A DNA stretch of 64,000 nt from Lama guanicoe (taxonomy: Eukaryota): contig MU056029.1 in the NCBI GenBank assembly GCA_013239625.1, positions 372,001-436,000 on the forward strand, read 5' to 3'. Position numbers and translations under genes: made by a program. The number at the start of each line of letters is the position of its first letter. The stretch's first letter is position 1. This document shows positions 13,087-25,809 of the stretch, piece after piece. Below the pieces are notes generated by a model. That model saw nothing but the letters and a program-made list of their open reading frames with translations, made no database searches and was not told the DNA's origin.

Positions 13087-13139
13087 GGAAGGTACAAATT
13101 ACCAGTATTAGGATGGAGCAAATAGGAAACAAGGCACTT

Positions 13140-14455
13140 AATATTAGTCATTAGTCATTAGGATGATGGATACTAGGAGGTTTTTTTTAAAGGAAAATAA
13201 CAAGTGCTGGCAAAGACCTAGAGAAATGAGAACCCCTATACATTGCTGGTGAAAATGTAAACTGTGCAGTCACTGTGGAAAAGGGTTTGATTTGACACAT
13301 CATTCACAATAGGCTAAAGGTGGAAACGACCCAAGTGTTCATCAGCAAATGAACAGATAAACAAACTGTGCTATATACATACAATGGAATATTACTCAGC
13401 TGTAAAAAAGGAATAAAGTTCTGATACATGAGACAACATGGATGAAATGTGACACCTAATGCTAAGTGAAATAAGTGATAACAAAAGGACAAATATTATA
13501 GTTATTCTATTCTACAAATACATATATTCTATTTATACAAAATATATACAATAGGCAAATTCATAGAAACAGAAGGCAGATAAAAGGTTGCCAGGGACTG
13601 GGGGAATAGGGAGATATAGCTTAATGGTGACAGGGCTCCATTTGAGGTGATGAAAAGGTTTGAAACTAAACAGTGGTGACAGTTGTACAACACTGTGAAA
13701 GAAACTAACGCCATTAAATTGTACATTTAAAAACTGCAAAGCTAATTTTGTGTTACACATATTTTAGCACAATTAAACTAAAAATACTGGCTGACTGCTC
13801 ACCACACCAAATGCTGAGGATGTGTAAGACTTGGAACTCTCATACAAGCTGGTGGGAATGCAAAATGGTGCAGCCTCTTTGGAGGCTCAGAAAAGTTAAA
13901 CACACACCTTCCATAAAAGCCATCTCTTCCACTCCTGGGGATTTTATTTATCTAAGAAAAATGAAAGTCTCCTTCCTTACAGAGACCTATACCTGAAATT
14001 TCACAGCATCTGGTTTTGTAACAGCCAAAAACTATAAACAACCCAAATGTCTATCAACAGTTGAACATATCGAGATATGTAACTGAGAAACATCTATATA
14101 AAGGAATACCACTGGCAATGAAAAGAAACAAATTATTAACCCGCAACAACTTGGATGAATCTCAAAATATCTGTACTGAGAGAAAAAAGCCAGACCAAAA
14201 ACGTACATACCATATGATTTCATCTGTAAATCTCTATAAAACCCAAAGTAATGGATAATGACTGAAAGATGATCAGTGGTTGTCCAGGGCCTTGGAGGGA
14301 TGGGAGAGAGGGATCGCAAACTTCCAGAGGGGTTGGATGTGTTCACTACCCTGACTGTGGTGATGGCTTCCCTGGTGTACACCTAGGTCAAAACTTACCA
14401 AACTGTCCACTTTAATTATGGGCAGTTTATTGTATGTCAGTTGTACCTCAATGAA
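13140..14455 (+). mobile_element. Two adjacent old L1M 3'-region fragments (L1MB/L1MC-like), junction near 13780
   Basis: Each has ORF2-end motifs (gctggtgaaaatgtaaa / gctggtgggaatgcaaaatgg) and a 3' UTR ending in aattgtacatttaaaa or aactgtccactttaa. Confidence 0.75.
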
Positions 14456-14460
14456 GCAGC

Positions 14461-14687
14461 TTTTTTTTTTTAATTGAAGTATGGTTGGTTTATGGTGTGT
14501 TAATTTCTGGTGTACAGCATAGTGATTCGGTTATATATATACATATATATATACACACACACACACATATACATATGTATATATTCTTTTTCAGTATAGG
14601 CTATTATAAGATATTGAATATAGTTCCCTGTGCTGTACAATAGGGCCTTGTTGTTTATCTCTTTTATATATAGTAGTTTGTATCTGC
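14461..14687 (-). mobile_element. Artiodactyl-type L1 3' end, minus strand
   Basis: Poly-T then ttgaagtat...tttctggtgtacagcatagtgattc...gttccctgtgctgtaca; flanking gcagctt repeat. Confidence 0.88.
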
Positions 14688-15995
14688 AAAGGGCAGCTTA
14701 AGTTTGCAACTGATAATTAAATAGCCAAAAATTTTTTTTTCTCCAGTGACACAACTTTTTATGTTTTGAATGAGTCAGAGAGCAGGTTAAAAACAACCAC
14801 TTAATCAACTGCCTCTCTTTTAGGAACTACACTGCCATCTGACTTTTCTGAGTCTGTTTTCACTTTAGGAAGAGAGAAACTTATTTCTGAAAGGGAACAA
14901 CTGATCTCCACCTACACTGACTTCATTCTCCAGCACAATTAACCCGCCCAGAGCAAGAGCTCCAGTTTTACGAGCCTAAGTTGCTTGCACATGGAATTCT
15001 TGAAATAAATTATCTTCACTGGGACTCAGCGTCCTCTTAATTCTCCATCATTAACTGAACATAAGCTTATTTATTGTCTCTTGAATCTCAACACCTGGTG
15101 AGCACGACTCATCCCGGAGGACAGCAGATGGTCAGGCTCCCGCTGCCAACAACTCCCTCTCCCTGGGTCTCAGGACTCACTTCCTCCCGCTGTCTCCCTG
15201 CATGTCCATTACCAGCCTCAAGTCTCTCCCATCATCTGAATCTTCTTATCACCTGAGGCTCCACTCAGCTCCCACTCCCAACCCTTCTGATTCTTGAGAA
15301 CACACATCGGGACCCGCCCTGATCCATCACAGACCCACTTAGCAACCAAACAGCCCTGTCTTTTACCGAGTATAGGCCATGTGCCAGGAACCACGCTTTA
15401 CTTTGCCTCCAGTCCCTACAAAGCATTCTCTTACCCACTTGACACAGATAAAGAACTGGGACCGGGAGGGCATGCAGCTGGCCCCAGCAGAGTTAAGCAG
15501 GAAGCCTAGCCCTTTCAAGGCATCCTCCTCTTCCCTGGGCTCCTTCTTGCCCCCAGGGACAGCTGGGGTGGAGGAAGGGGGCTCCGGGTCACGGAGAACA
15601 GCTGTGCTGTGTGCCGCTCTCACACACGCCCCCTTTGCTCCTCTGCCCTGGGCCACGCTGTCGGCAGCTGCCCCCTCTGCTCTGCCAAGCAGGTCAACAG
15701 CAGTGGCCTCTGCTGCTTGCACTGACGCAGAACGATGCTCCTATTCCCACCCTTAGCTGGCTAACGGCCCTCGTTCTCCTCCTCACCATGATGCTTGTCA
15801 GGATCTAAAATCCCAGCAAGTAACAGAATCCCCTTTGTTATCAAGGATCCGAGGTCAGACAGCAATGGTCTCTGGCCCCTGGGGGCAGCAGGGCACCTGT
15901 GGCTCTGTCCTCCAGGGCTCAGGGAGGGAGACTCCCAGCTCGGCTGGGCATAGTCGTGTCTGGTGCGGTGTACCCAACCCCACCAGGTGCACTCA

Positions 15996-16404
15996 TGTTA
16001 CAGAAATGACAGGCCAGCCAAGAAACAAGCACCACTCGGAGGGTTGGAGTACTCAGATTTATTACGCCGGCGGGCTCAGAGGGGCTTCTGCTCCGAAGCT
16101 CTGAGCACCTCCAAGATGTGTGCAGGATGTCTTATAGGGTTAATTACAAGCTTGGGGCTATTAGCCAATAAGGCTCGAACAGCAAAACAAAGGAATCAGT
16201 ACACTGGACCTTATCTATTAGGAACAGATCACGTTACTGACACTTGCTGAGCTTGGATTTACGGGTTAGCTTGTTAGCGCAGTAAACTGACACTAAACTT
16301 CAGATTTATGAGTTAGCCCGGCAGAACTTAGATGGGTAAACTGTCACTTATCACACTTAGATTTATGAGTTATCTTGTTAGCCTAGCCCGGCTTCTCCTT
16401 CACA
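15996..16404 (-). mobile_element. Young ERV1-class solo LTR (409 bp), minus strand
   Basis: tgtta...ttcaca termini; perfect 4-bp TSD ctca; minus-strand CTATAAG (16137-16131) followed by AATAAA (16063-16058); U3 repeats agatttatgagtta. Confidence 0.9.
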
Positions 16405-16655
16405 CTCAAACACACTCTTAGGCAGCTAACCGGGTTCACCTAGATCAAAGCAGAGAAGTGCGGAACAGAAGGAACGGGGTGGGGTGGGGGCCGGGGGGTG
16501 CCCTCAGACAAATATCCCTCTTTTCCAAGAAGATGATCACAGGCTTCTGATCACTCCCCTCGTTACAGACCTTCGAGTTCCAGAGCTGCCTCCCTCTGCC
16601 TGTACTGTTCATCCTCTCTTCAGAGAAAATCCCTAAGACACCAAGTGATTGTGGG

Positions 16656-17292
16656 TCATGGCTGATTTTATGTGCCGATGTGACTGGGTCACGGGGCACC
16701 CGGATTAAACACTGCTTCTGGCTGTGCCTGCAGGGTGTTTCCAGGTGAGATGGGCATTTGCACGTGTGGACTTGGTAAAGCGGATGGCCCTCCCCAACGT
16801 GGGTGAGCCTCATACAATCCACCAAGGGCCTGAACAGAGAGCAAGAAGTGGAGGATGGAGGAATTCCAGCCCCTTTTTTCTGCCTCCCTGTTGAGCTAGG
16901 ACGGCTCACCTCATCTTCCGCCTTCAGACTGGAGTTCACACCGTTGGCTCCCTTGGTTCTCAGACCTCCAGACTCAGACTGAATCACAGCACTGGCTTCT
17001 CTGGGCTTCCCTGCCAGCTTGCAGACGGCAGGTCATGGGGCCCCTCAGTCTCTGTCATCATGTGAGCCAGTTTCTATAATAAATCTCTCTATGTATATAG
17101 ACCTCCACGTGTAGATATCTATATACCTCTATATCCATCTAGAGAAACATATATTTAGATACAGAACTATATATACATGCACATATATACAGAGAGAGAG
17201 ATGGGCTCATAGCCACAGAGAGTTATAGACAGAAATCTGTCTATCTCATCTCTCCTGTTGGTTCTCTTTCTCTCGAGAGCTCTGAAACAATG
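16656..17292 (+). mobile_element. ERVL LTR (MLT2C/D-like) with expanded low-complexity tract at about 17085-17245
   Basis: MLT2 motifs ttttatgtg..tgactgg, ggccctccccaacgtgggtg, ccagcttgcagacggcag, tgtgagccagttt..taataaatctc, tcctgttggttct. Confidence 0.85.
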
Positions 17293-17633
17293 TGCCACAA
17301 CCTTTTAGGGTCTGTCATCCTTTCCGAGGACACCCAGAAACCTAAGTAAGGCCTCTTCCCAAAGCAGACTCCTGGCGCTGACGGCAGTCGGCAGGAAGCA
17401 GGCCGAGGTTGGGAGGCGCAGTTTCTGCGCGTGTCCCACCCTTGGGGAGCTCTGCCAAAGGCCGCCTGCCGCCCAGGAACGCTGGCCGAGGCAGTAAGCC
17501 ATGGTTCCCAGGGAGGGCGCCTCCTCACGGGCAGACTGCAGGTCTGTGCATCCTTTCACATGTGCGTGCGCACATACACACTCACAGGTGCACACTCATG
17601 TCAGTCACACGGCTGTGTCATGTGCCTCCTTAC

Positions 17634-17747
17634 TTTGTTGGGGGGGAGGTAATTAGGTCTGTTCATTTATTTATTTAATGGCGGTACTGAACCCAGGACC
17701 TTGTGCATGCTACACACACACTCTACTGCCGAGCTAGACTCTCCCTC
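17634..17747 (-). mobile_element. tRNA-Ala-derived SINE (vic-1-like), minus strand
   Basis: ggggaggtaattagg...tttatttattt...gaacccaggaccttgtgcatgc...ctctactgccgagcta is the reverse complement of the family. Confidence 0.88.
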
Positions 17748-18515
17748 TGTGTCCTTACACTTTTAAACTTAAAAAACCAAGAATACTTGTTATACTTCTT
17801 AATCTAAGCTGCAATATTTCCAGAGGCCTCGGAGGGCAGGGTGCGGTATCTGAAATTTCGCCCACAGGCAGAACCTGAAAGGAGGCCAGACCCCAGCAGT
17901 AGAGTCAGCTCCCCGACCCCGAGGCTGCCGGAGAGCAGGGCACACCTGCAGGAGAAGCCGGGGCGCCAGGCCTGGGCGCGCTGAGGACAGCATCCCCACA
18001 GAGGCGGGGAGGGCAGACGCTCTCAGGGTCAGCCATGGGAAGGGGCCCCACCTGGATGTGCGGCGGCTCTCAGCTGGGCAGGGGGGCTCCCTGAGGACAC
18101 ATGGGAACAGCAGAGGGAAGAGGCCGCCGGGTCTGTGAAGTCTGGGGCCAGCACCCGCCGCACCTGGACCCTCCCCAGGAGCACCGCTCAGAGCCGAGTG
18201 CCCGCAGGTCGCAGCCAGCACAGGCTCCCTAGTGCGGACCAGCGGAGCGGGGCCAACAGAGCACCCCTGAAATTCCATCCAGGGAGAGTATCACCCAATT
18301 TTATTTTCTCCAGAGATGCTCAAAAGCACATCTTTTGTAGCAGGTGATCTCTATTTGTGACTCTTCATGAAAAAGAAGTGTCTTAGGGAATCACTGAACT
18401 ACCAGCTTCCATCAGGAGGCCAAGAAGAACCCAGAAACGGATTATCATCCAACTCGTGTCCAGAAGAGAGTAAATAATTACAGAAAAGTAAGTACGTCCA
18501 GGTGTCAGTCGGCAC

Positions 18516-18665
18516 CACGTGGTTTCTCAAAAATGAATTGCGCGATGATCTTGTCAAAATGCAGATCCTGCCACTGTGGGGCTGGGCGGGCCCAGGACTC
18601 TGCATTTCTCACAGCCCCAGGTAAGGGCAATGCTGCTCCACCTACCAACCTCTGGACAAGGACCA
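18516..18665. mobile_element. MER5-like hAT DNA transposon remnant
   Basis: gtggtttctcaaa...cttgtcaaaatgcagat...gggcccaggactctgcattt...caggt..tgctgct. Confidence 0.6.
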
Positions 18666-19324
18666 AGGAACACGGGGGATTATGTGCAAATAATTGTTCA
18701 GTCTAAGACCCATGACACAGTGTAGGTTTCCAGGACCTAGGATGCTCCTGTCTGGGGATCCTGTAGCTGAGACACAAGGGTCATCGCCAAAGATGACCCT
18801 GATACTGGAAACCTGTTGAGCCCTGCCCTCGGTTTCGTGTGTGCCAGGAGATCATGGCTCCAGCCCGCTGGCTGCAGGGGATGACTCTGCGGGGCGCAGT
18901 GGACACTTGTGAGGAGGAATGTAAATTCGCTTCTCTGTTGTATTCCCCGTGCAAGCCTGGCCTTCTGGTTTGAGGTGGAGCATCTCCAGAGCACCCCGGA
19001 GGCTCCGTGGAGTCTGCTCGTGGAGTTGGCACTGCACTGTGGGGCGTAGTGCCTGCTGAGCTCAGCGCCACAGACCCTGTTCCTGGCTAACAGAGATCTG
19101 GCTAACGGTCCCCGGCACATCAAGCCAGCATCCTCCCGCCCTCTTTGGAACACTTGGCCAACAGCCGCAACGGTGACAAAAGGGTTCCCTCTAAAGACCA
19201 GGACTTTCCCTCTGAAGCTCGGACCCTTGCCCAGCAGTTGAGTCAAGGAGCAGACCCCCCACCCCCACCCAGGGAGCTGGTTCTGTCCCACCTGCTCCAC
19301 TGCTCTTGCACTGGGGGAGGCAGG

Positions 19325-19830
19325 TGTAAATGAAAAACACTGCCAGCCATGTAAATAAACAGAGGATGCTGTGGCCCTCAAGTCATCGGCTGCTACCCCC
19401 ACCCCTGACAGTCAGCAGAGGGAACTCAGGATGCAGACAAGCAGGCAGCCCAGCCTCTGCTGCCACCCTCAACGGTGCCCCCTGAGGGACTCAGGATGGA
19501 AAAAGAACAGGACACTGGCCCTAGACAGCTAGGTGTGTCTCAAAGGAATGATTTCAATGAGCCCAGACCTTTGCACCTTCCTATACTTAGAAAAGCACTA
19601 AATTCCTTAACTTGAGATGTCTGGCTTTCTTTAATTAACAGTAATCTTTTGATGTTCCAACTACCTGGCCTTTGTTGCAAAAACTCCACATATCCTGGCT
19701 TCTACCTTGCCACTTTGAAACAGTCTCTTAGAGTGATCTGAGAGGCCGCCTCCAGGCCCGAGTCCTCAGAAAGTCTGCCAAAATAGAACATAACTCTCAA
19801 CTTACAGGTTGTGCACTTAATTTTCAGACA
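19325..19830 (+). mobile_element. ERV1-class solo LTR (same family as 4370-4857)
   Basis: tgtaa...cagaca termini; perfect 4-bp TSD cagg; colinear with 4370-4857. Confidence 0.9.
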
Positions 19831-20104
19831 CAGGTTAAAGGTCCAGACCCAGCGGCCCACACCTGCAGACTGGCACCCCGCGCCACAGCCTCCCCATCCC
19901 CAGAACCCTGCCCAGTTCCTGACTAGCAGCAAAGCCTCCAGCTCTCTCCAGCTGCTCCGTTCCCTCCCTGGACTCACTGAGCCCCAGGCAACGCCTCCCA
20001 CTTCGGACAGAACTCTTGTGTTTATTTTTAGGCTCTCCTGCACAGCAAGGGGGCAAGGACAAGGGCAGAGGTGCCCCTGCTGAGCCTGCCAGGAGAGGAG
20101 ACCC

Positions 20105-20210
20105 TCTGTCACTGTTCCCATCTTGCAGATGTTGAAACTGAGGTCAAGAGGTCACATGACCCTCCTGGGTCACAAGCCAGTGGGTGCAGAACCCAAAGCC
20201 TGCTCTCCAC
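20105..20210 (-). mobile_element. MIR remnant
   Basis: MIR core cccatcttgcagatgttgaaactgagg...ggtcaca. Confidence 0.6.
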
Positions 20211-23200
20211 GGTGCTATCCTGAGGCCCCCGTCTTCAAGTGCGGTGACCAAGCCCACGCGGGCCTCCTTCTTGGACCCTCAACTGTCCACCAGCATCTTA
20301 GCGTCTTCCTCCCTGGGGCCCCTGCAGTGACCGTGGCCCATCCTAAAAATTGGGCTCTCCTCTGAGTCGGCAAGGAGAGGGAGGAGAGCTGGCCACCAGC
20401 AAGGCGGGTTGGCTGGGAAGCTGGGAAGGCAGGAGGCCACACGCCCCATCGGGGACCACAGAAGGCCAGCTTTATTCTCACTCTGTGTGGACTGAGCATG
20501 AAGTCAGCAACCCCCAGCTCTGCCAGCCTCTACTCTAACTGGGTTTTTCTTAGAAAGTGTTGGAGGGAACAAGGCATGCTGGGCTGACACTCACAGAGGA
20601 ACCGCAGGCCCGGGCATGGCCCCCCAACCCTAGAGGATGAGAGCAGGGTTTGTGGGGGATGGTGCCGGGGAGCCCGGAGGCTGGGCTGAGTCCCTCCTGC
20701 TGCTCTAGGCAGGCTGCAGTTTGAATCCGGCTCTGCTTTACTAAACGGCTCAGATCACTTAACCCCTGGTTCCTTGAGGACAGGAGGGATGTTTTCTGTT
20801 CTGATCACGGTGCCTGCGGGCAAACTATTTAGTAAATCTGTGAACAGCGGAGGAGCCTTTCAGAGCCTCCCAGTCTTGTGTTTCCTCATCGGCACAACCT
20901 GGAGAGCCCGCCACCCTGCGTGTGTGTGGGGTGGGGAGGCCACCCTCCCAGTTCCCCCTCTCAAGAAGGGCAGACAGCAAAGAGGGCAAGGGCTCAGCTC
21001 TCCCTCCGCACGGTGGCCAGACCGCTGGCGGTGACGGCCGTCGCGCTCATTTAAAAGCCCAAGCGCGGCGCGGCGGTGGGCGCAGTGATGGAGGAGCCCA
21101 GGGCCACCCTGCCCAGTGCACCTGTTTCCTGTCCCTGCTGTCTGAGAGCAGCAGCCTGCTCGGGACATGCCAGGGGTCGAGGGGGTCAGCTCGTCTGCCC
21201 GCCACAGCCCCCGGGTCCCTTGTCACCCTGGCTGACCAACCAGGGCACCCCAGCCCCATCAGAGATGGAGCCTCCATCCAGCCCCAGATCACCGGAGCTC
21301 AGCGTCTGCTGGACGGCACAGCACCCGTGCTCAGCAAGGCCTCCTGGGACGGAGCCAGAGGCGAGGGCCGTGGCCCAGTGAGGCGCACAGCCCGAAGGCC
21401 CCAGAAACAACCAAGCCAGCACTTCAAACCAGTGGAATTCTCCCAGCAAATCACATCTTAAGTGGAACCCACAGATACACGTGTGCACGTATATATCCTT
21501 ATCTACTTTATGTATATCCATGTGTGTATATAGAGAGAGACAGACAGACGTGTGCAGACAAACACGCATTACGCATTCTACCCTGCCTGGCTTCTTGGCA
21601 TCAGCAGTTTCTTTAGACCAGGCCGTTCTGCTACACAGCGCATCACAGTCAGATTTTTGGACAGTAATCAGTTTCCTCTGTGCCCGTTCCGGCCTGGGGA
21701 GCTAGCCCTTAACTTGACTGCAGTCAAGTGCCCGCCGCCGCTGCAGACTTCGGATGCAGCCAGAGCACAAGATGACAGCAGTGACTGGACGTGCTTTGAG
21801 CAGTTGCCACGGCAGCACCCAGGGCCGACTTCGGGGATGGGGGCGGGGAGGCGCTGCGGGGACCCACTGCAGGCCCCTCAGGGAGGGTCCACGAGGAGCC
21901 ATGGGGGGTGCTCTCCCGGGGAGCACAGACCAAGCGCCCCTGAAGGGCGGCCCGGGAGCTGGAGCAGTGAAGGAGCAGGAGGGGGCGCTGCAGGGCCGGG
22001 CCGTGCATCTGGGCGAGCCACCTCCTCTCGCTGGGCCTTGGGCCACCTTATTCGTAAAACAGGAAGGCAGCTGTCCTCAATTCAGGGCAGTTGTCCTCAG
22101 CACCCCCCCCACCCCGGGGACCCTGGAACATCCCGCCAGCCCACCCCACACCAAGGGAGGCAGAATGCTGGGGGCTGGCCTCAGGGGACCCCGTGCCCCT
22201 CCAGGGCAGGCTCAGATCAACCTTACTTGTAAGTACTGCTAAGTGGTTAAGGGCGGGTCTGGAGACCATCGCCCCGGGCAAGCTCTCAAAGTTCTGAACA
22301 CTCCCCGGGAGGGAAGAAGAGATGCTCTCCCGAGACAGGACCTTTCAGAGCCAAGTATTCGGGACAAATCTGATGCGCCTGCCTGGACAGGTGCACGGAA
22401 GGGCCGTGGGTGTCCCCGGTTGAGGTGGCACTTGGTGGGGGGGCTGCCTCCAAGGCGGGGTCCCGGGCCTTGTGCTGCAGAACTACAGGACTGGGGCAGG
22501 TCCTCTGACGCCGAGAGGGAGGGTTGGGTCAGCGGTAACTCCAAGTGCTGGGCTGCAGTGGCCAGGAAATGACCCGACCATGAACAGGATGCAGTGGGAG
22601 GTCTGGCCACGACCAAGGAGCAGGGGAAGCAGGGAGGGGCGGGTCCGAGGGCCTCCTGAGCCCTGGGATGGGTGACACACAGGCCACCAGGTCCTGCCAC
22701 GGTAGCATGATGCCATTAACTGTGGACTTCTTTGTGGAAGGTGTTATCAGGGAAAAGCACCTTCTTCTATTCAGAATAAAAGCAAACGTTTCCTACTCCC
22801 TGCAGGTCACGGAGTGGAATCAGAAGCACGCAGTCCAAGCCGGGCAGGGAGCCCAGCCCGGCCAGGTGTGGCGGTGCGACCGCAGGGCCCCCCGCCTCTC
22901 ACCCCGGTCGCCCCAAAGAGGGCCACGCTCTGCCCACAGGTCCAGGCCTTGTTTCCCCAAAATGACCCAGAAGAGCTCTCTCTTTACTCTGGTGTAAAGA
23001 AAACAAGTCCTGAAATTCTTTTCATCTTGTAAAATGAACAGGAAAAACACAAGACATCACATCCACTGGAAGTGACATCTTCCTTGAAGGAAGCTCCAAG
23101 ATCCAAAGAAGATTTTAGCCAATAGCTGAAAGGCGTTTCTCTCAATATTACAAAAGGAGAGTGTTTAAGAGAAAGAGTTTCTGTCCTTCTGTGGTGTTAA

Positions 23201-25080
23201 GTATTAATACAGTTTTTACTTGCAGACATACTCTCAGTTGCTCGTTTCTTCCAGAATTTACCATGGCTGTGGATTCACCCAGCCCAGCCCTCCTCACCCT
23301 GAACATTCAACAGCAATGGTCACATTGCTCCCTGGAGGAGTCCGGGAGGAGGGTCCCCAGGGCCGCCTGGTCCCCCTGGGCTGAGGGACGACGCCACCGC
23401 TCCGTCTGTCCTGGTGTCAACCTCGCACAGTCTGTCCTCACAAGATTTCCTGCCTGATGCTCAGGGCTCCAGAACTTCTGATAAAGGCCGGATGACCAAA
23501 CCGGCCATTTGAAGTTCCTTCCAAAACAAACCTAGATCTGCAGGCCTTTGAAGCTGGCCTTCGTCACCACCCCAGCGAAAGGGCTCGCTTTCAGCCAACG
23601 GGCAGGATCTGCTGCAAAGTCACAAATGAGTGAGAACCACTTTTTTCCTTTTTTTTCTCTCAAAGACACAAGGATCTCAGGTGGATATTTCTGTTCAGGC
23701 AAGTCTGGCGTGTCTGTGCGTGTGTGATAAAGAACAACATTTCAGCTTTGGCCCCCATTCTTAACTTACCACCCCCCTGCAGACGCATCTCAGAGACCAC
23801 TCTCTGGAACCAGAGGGGAAGCCCTGCAGTCACAGGCAGTGACACCCTTTTCTGAGGAGGAGAGGAGGATGGCACCTTGACAGATCTATGACCACAAGTG
23901 GCTTCACTGGAAACCAACACACCACAGAAATGTGTCCCAGCCTGAGCTCGGCTGGGAAGACACTCCCATCGGGGACGCTGAGTCATGCCCTGACACCTTT
24001 TGCAGCGTGGAGTATCCGTTAGCACTGGTGAAAAAGACCAAAACGCATTTCAGTATGGTTTATAACCAATTTAGATGTTGGGGCCATGGTTTCATCCACA
24101 CCTGAGCAGGTAACAGCGTGCCCAGCGGTATAGCTCTTGCTCCCCACAGAGAGAAATTCCCACATCAGGACTGGTCCCCGCGGGCACCGTGATGACAGCG
24201 CAGGTGTGGAGACAGAGCCCTGCTTTGGTCTCACCTGCAGAGAGGTGAGACTCCAAGAAGCACTCAGGCCGAAACAAGAAGCAAGCACTGCCGTCCACTG
24301 CAGGAACTCACACAAGCTAAAGGCTTTCCATAACTTCCCCAGTGATGCTTGGTGAAGTGGGGAACTAGATTCTCACACACGCAGAAACAAAACGAGGCTA
24401 ACTCGAAACATTCAAACGCTGTGGCCACTGGTCTTGTGTTGTAGAAACAGGGACCTTCCTCATGTTGCGGGCTCTGCTCTCAAAACAAAGGGAAGACGCC
24501 CCATCAAGGAAGAATGTGTCCCAGGGTCGACAGCACAGAGACCAGACTACCTGGGCGCCATCACTTAACGCAGGCAGTGAACAGAAGCAGCTCAACAACC
24601 AGACTGCAAATTTTAGATCCCCCAGGAAGAGCTCAATGTGCTTCTAGAACATTAAAGAATATTTATCCTCTCCCCCAAAACAGCAGAAAGTGGTAACTGG
24701 AGCACACTTAGCTCATTTCGTTTTATTCTTTGGGACATACACTTGCGTGTGCGCACACACACACGCCCCTACCTGCCTGTGCACACACTCACATGTGGGC
24801 ACACACAAGCACGCCCTCACACACACACCCATAACCACTTGTGAGGAGGAACTTACGGCCAGCTGGACGGATCTCCCATTACCAGCTCTTTCTACTGGTA
24901 AAGAAATTTCTCTTCCAGAAACACACACACACAGAGCCTCAAACCTTTTGCAAATCCTGATGCAATTCAACTATGTCTAGAGAAGTTGGAATTTGATTAA
25001 ATTCTTTTTTCATTACACTGCAAATACAAAGGAAAAAAAAAAAACACTGTATACCACCATAAATGGAACAAAAACCTCAG

Positions 25081-25157
25081 AGGGGAGGGTATAGCTCAAT
25101 GGTAGAGCACGTGCTTAGCATGCATGAGGTTCTGAGTTCAATCCCCAGTCCCTCCAT

Positions 25158-25205
<48 letters not shown>

Positions 25206-25250
25206 ATACTTAATTACCCCTCCCTCCTCTAATTAAAAAGAAAAAACAAA
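25081..25250 (+). mobile_element. tRNA-Ala-derived SINE (vic-1-like) with expanded (TAAA)n
   Basis: ggggagggtatagctcaatggtagagc...gttcaatcccc; (TAAA)n at about 25159-25207; TSD core aaaaacctc. Confidence 0.93.
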
Positions 25251-25809
25251 ACAAAAAACCTCTTATTGCTTTGGTTGTCTTTTTCCTAGAATAAAAAATG
25301 ACCACTTCCAACCACACAAAAAACATGAAGTTAAATGCACACAAACACACATACACACACAAAATGTTCAAGTTTACCCATATGGTAAATAGATCTTTTA
25401 GGATGAATTCTTCAGGTAAGCCTAATATTATCAACTGCATGGCATTTAGTTGTTTTCCTTAAGATTACAGCGCTTTACTCTCTGTAAGTGCTGCTTTGCT
25501 AGATCATAGGTTCAAGACAAAAAATCCATGACAAGGTCACCAGGATTAGAAAACAAAGCATCTTATTACACTACCAAATTTATATTCCCCATGAAGTAAA
25601 CACAGTTGATATTATAAGACATGGTATGTCTCAGATAATATATTACCCACCTAACTGAAATGCTTTGAATATTCACACTTGCTAGAATAAAAATTTTAGT
25701 CCAAATATAGTTATTGGATTCTCAAAGTAATTTTCTTTCCTATAGTCTTTCCTGTTACCTATTTAACATCCTTTAACAAAAGTATATGACTGTTAAATTT
25801 GAGAATGAA

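Larger units (their letters stand above)
11195..13135 (+). mobile_element. Old L1M fragment (inter-ORF region and ORF2 endonuclease domain)
   Basis: Inter-ORF motif gagttaaagatgtattttataaaccct; decayed EN-domain sequence (e.g. catttaccaagacagaccacatt, ggaattaaattagaaatcagtaac). Confidence 0.8.

Noticed and set aside
4370..19830. Two same-family direct LTRs 15 kb apart as ends of one provirus
   Set aside because: Each has its own TSD (acgg/acag and cagg), their U3 regions differ, and no ERV1 gag/pol/env lies between them.
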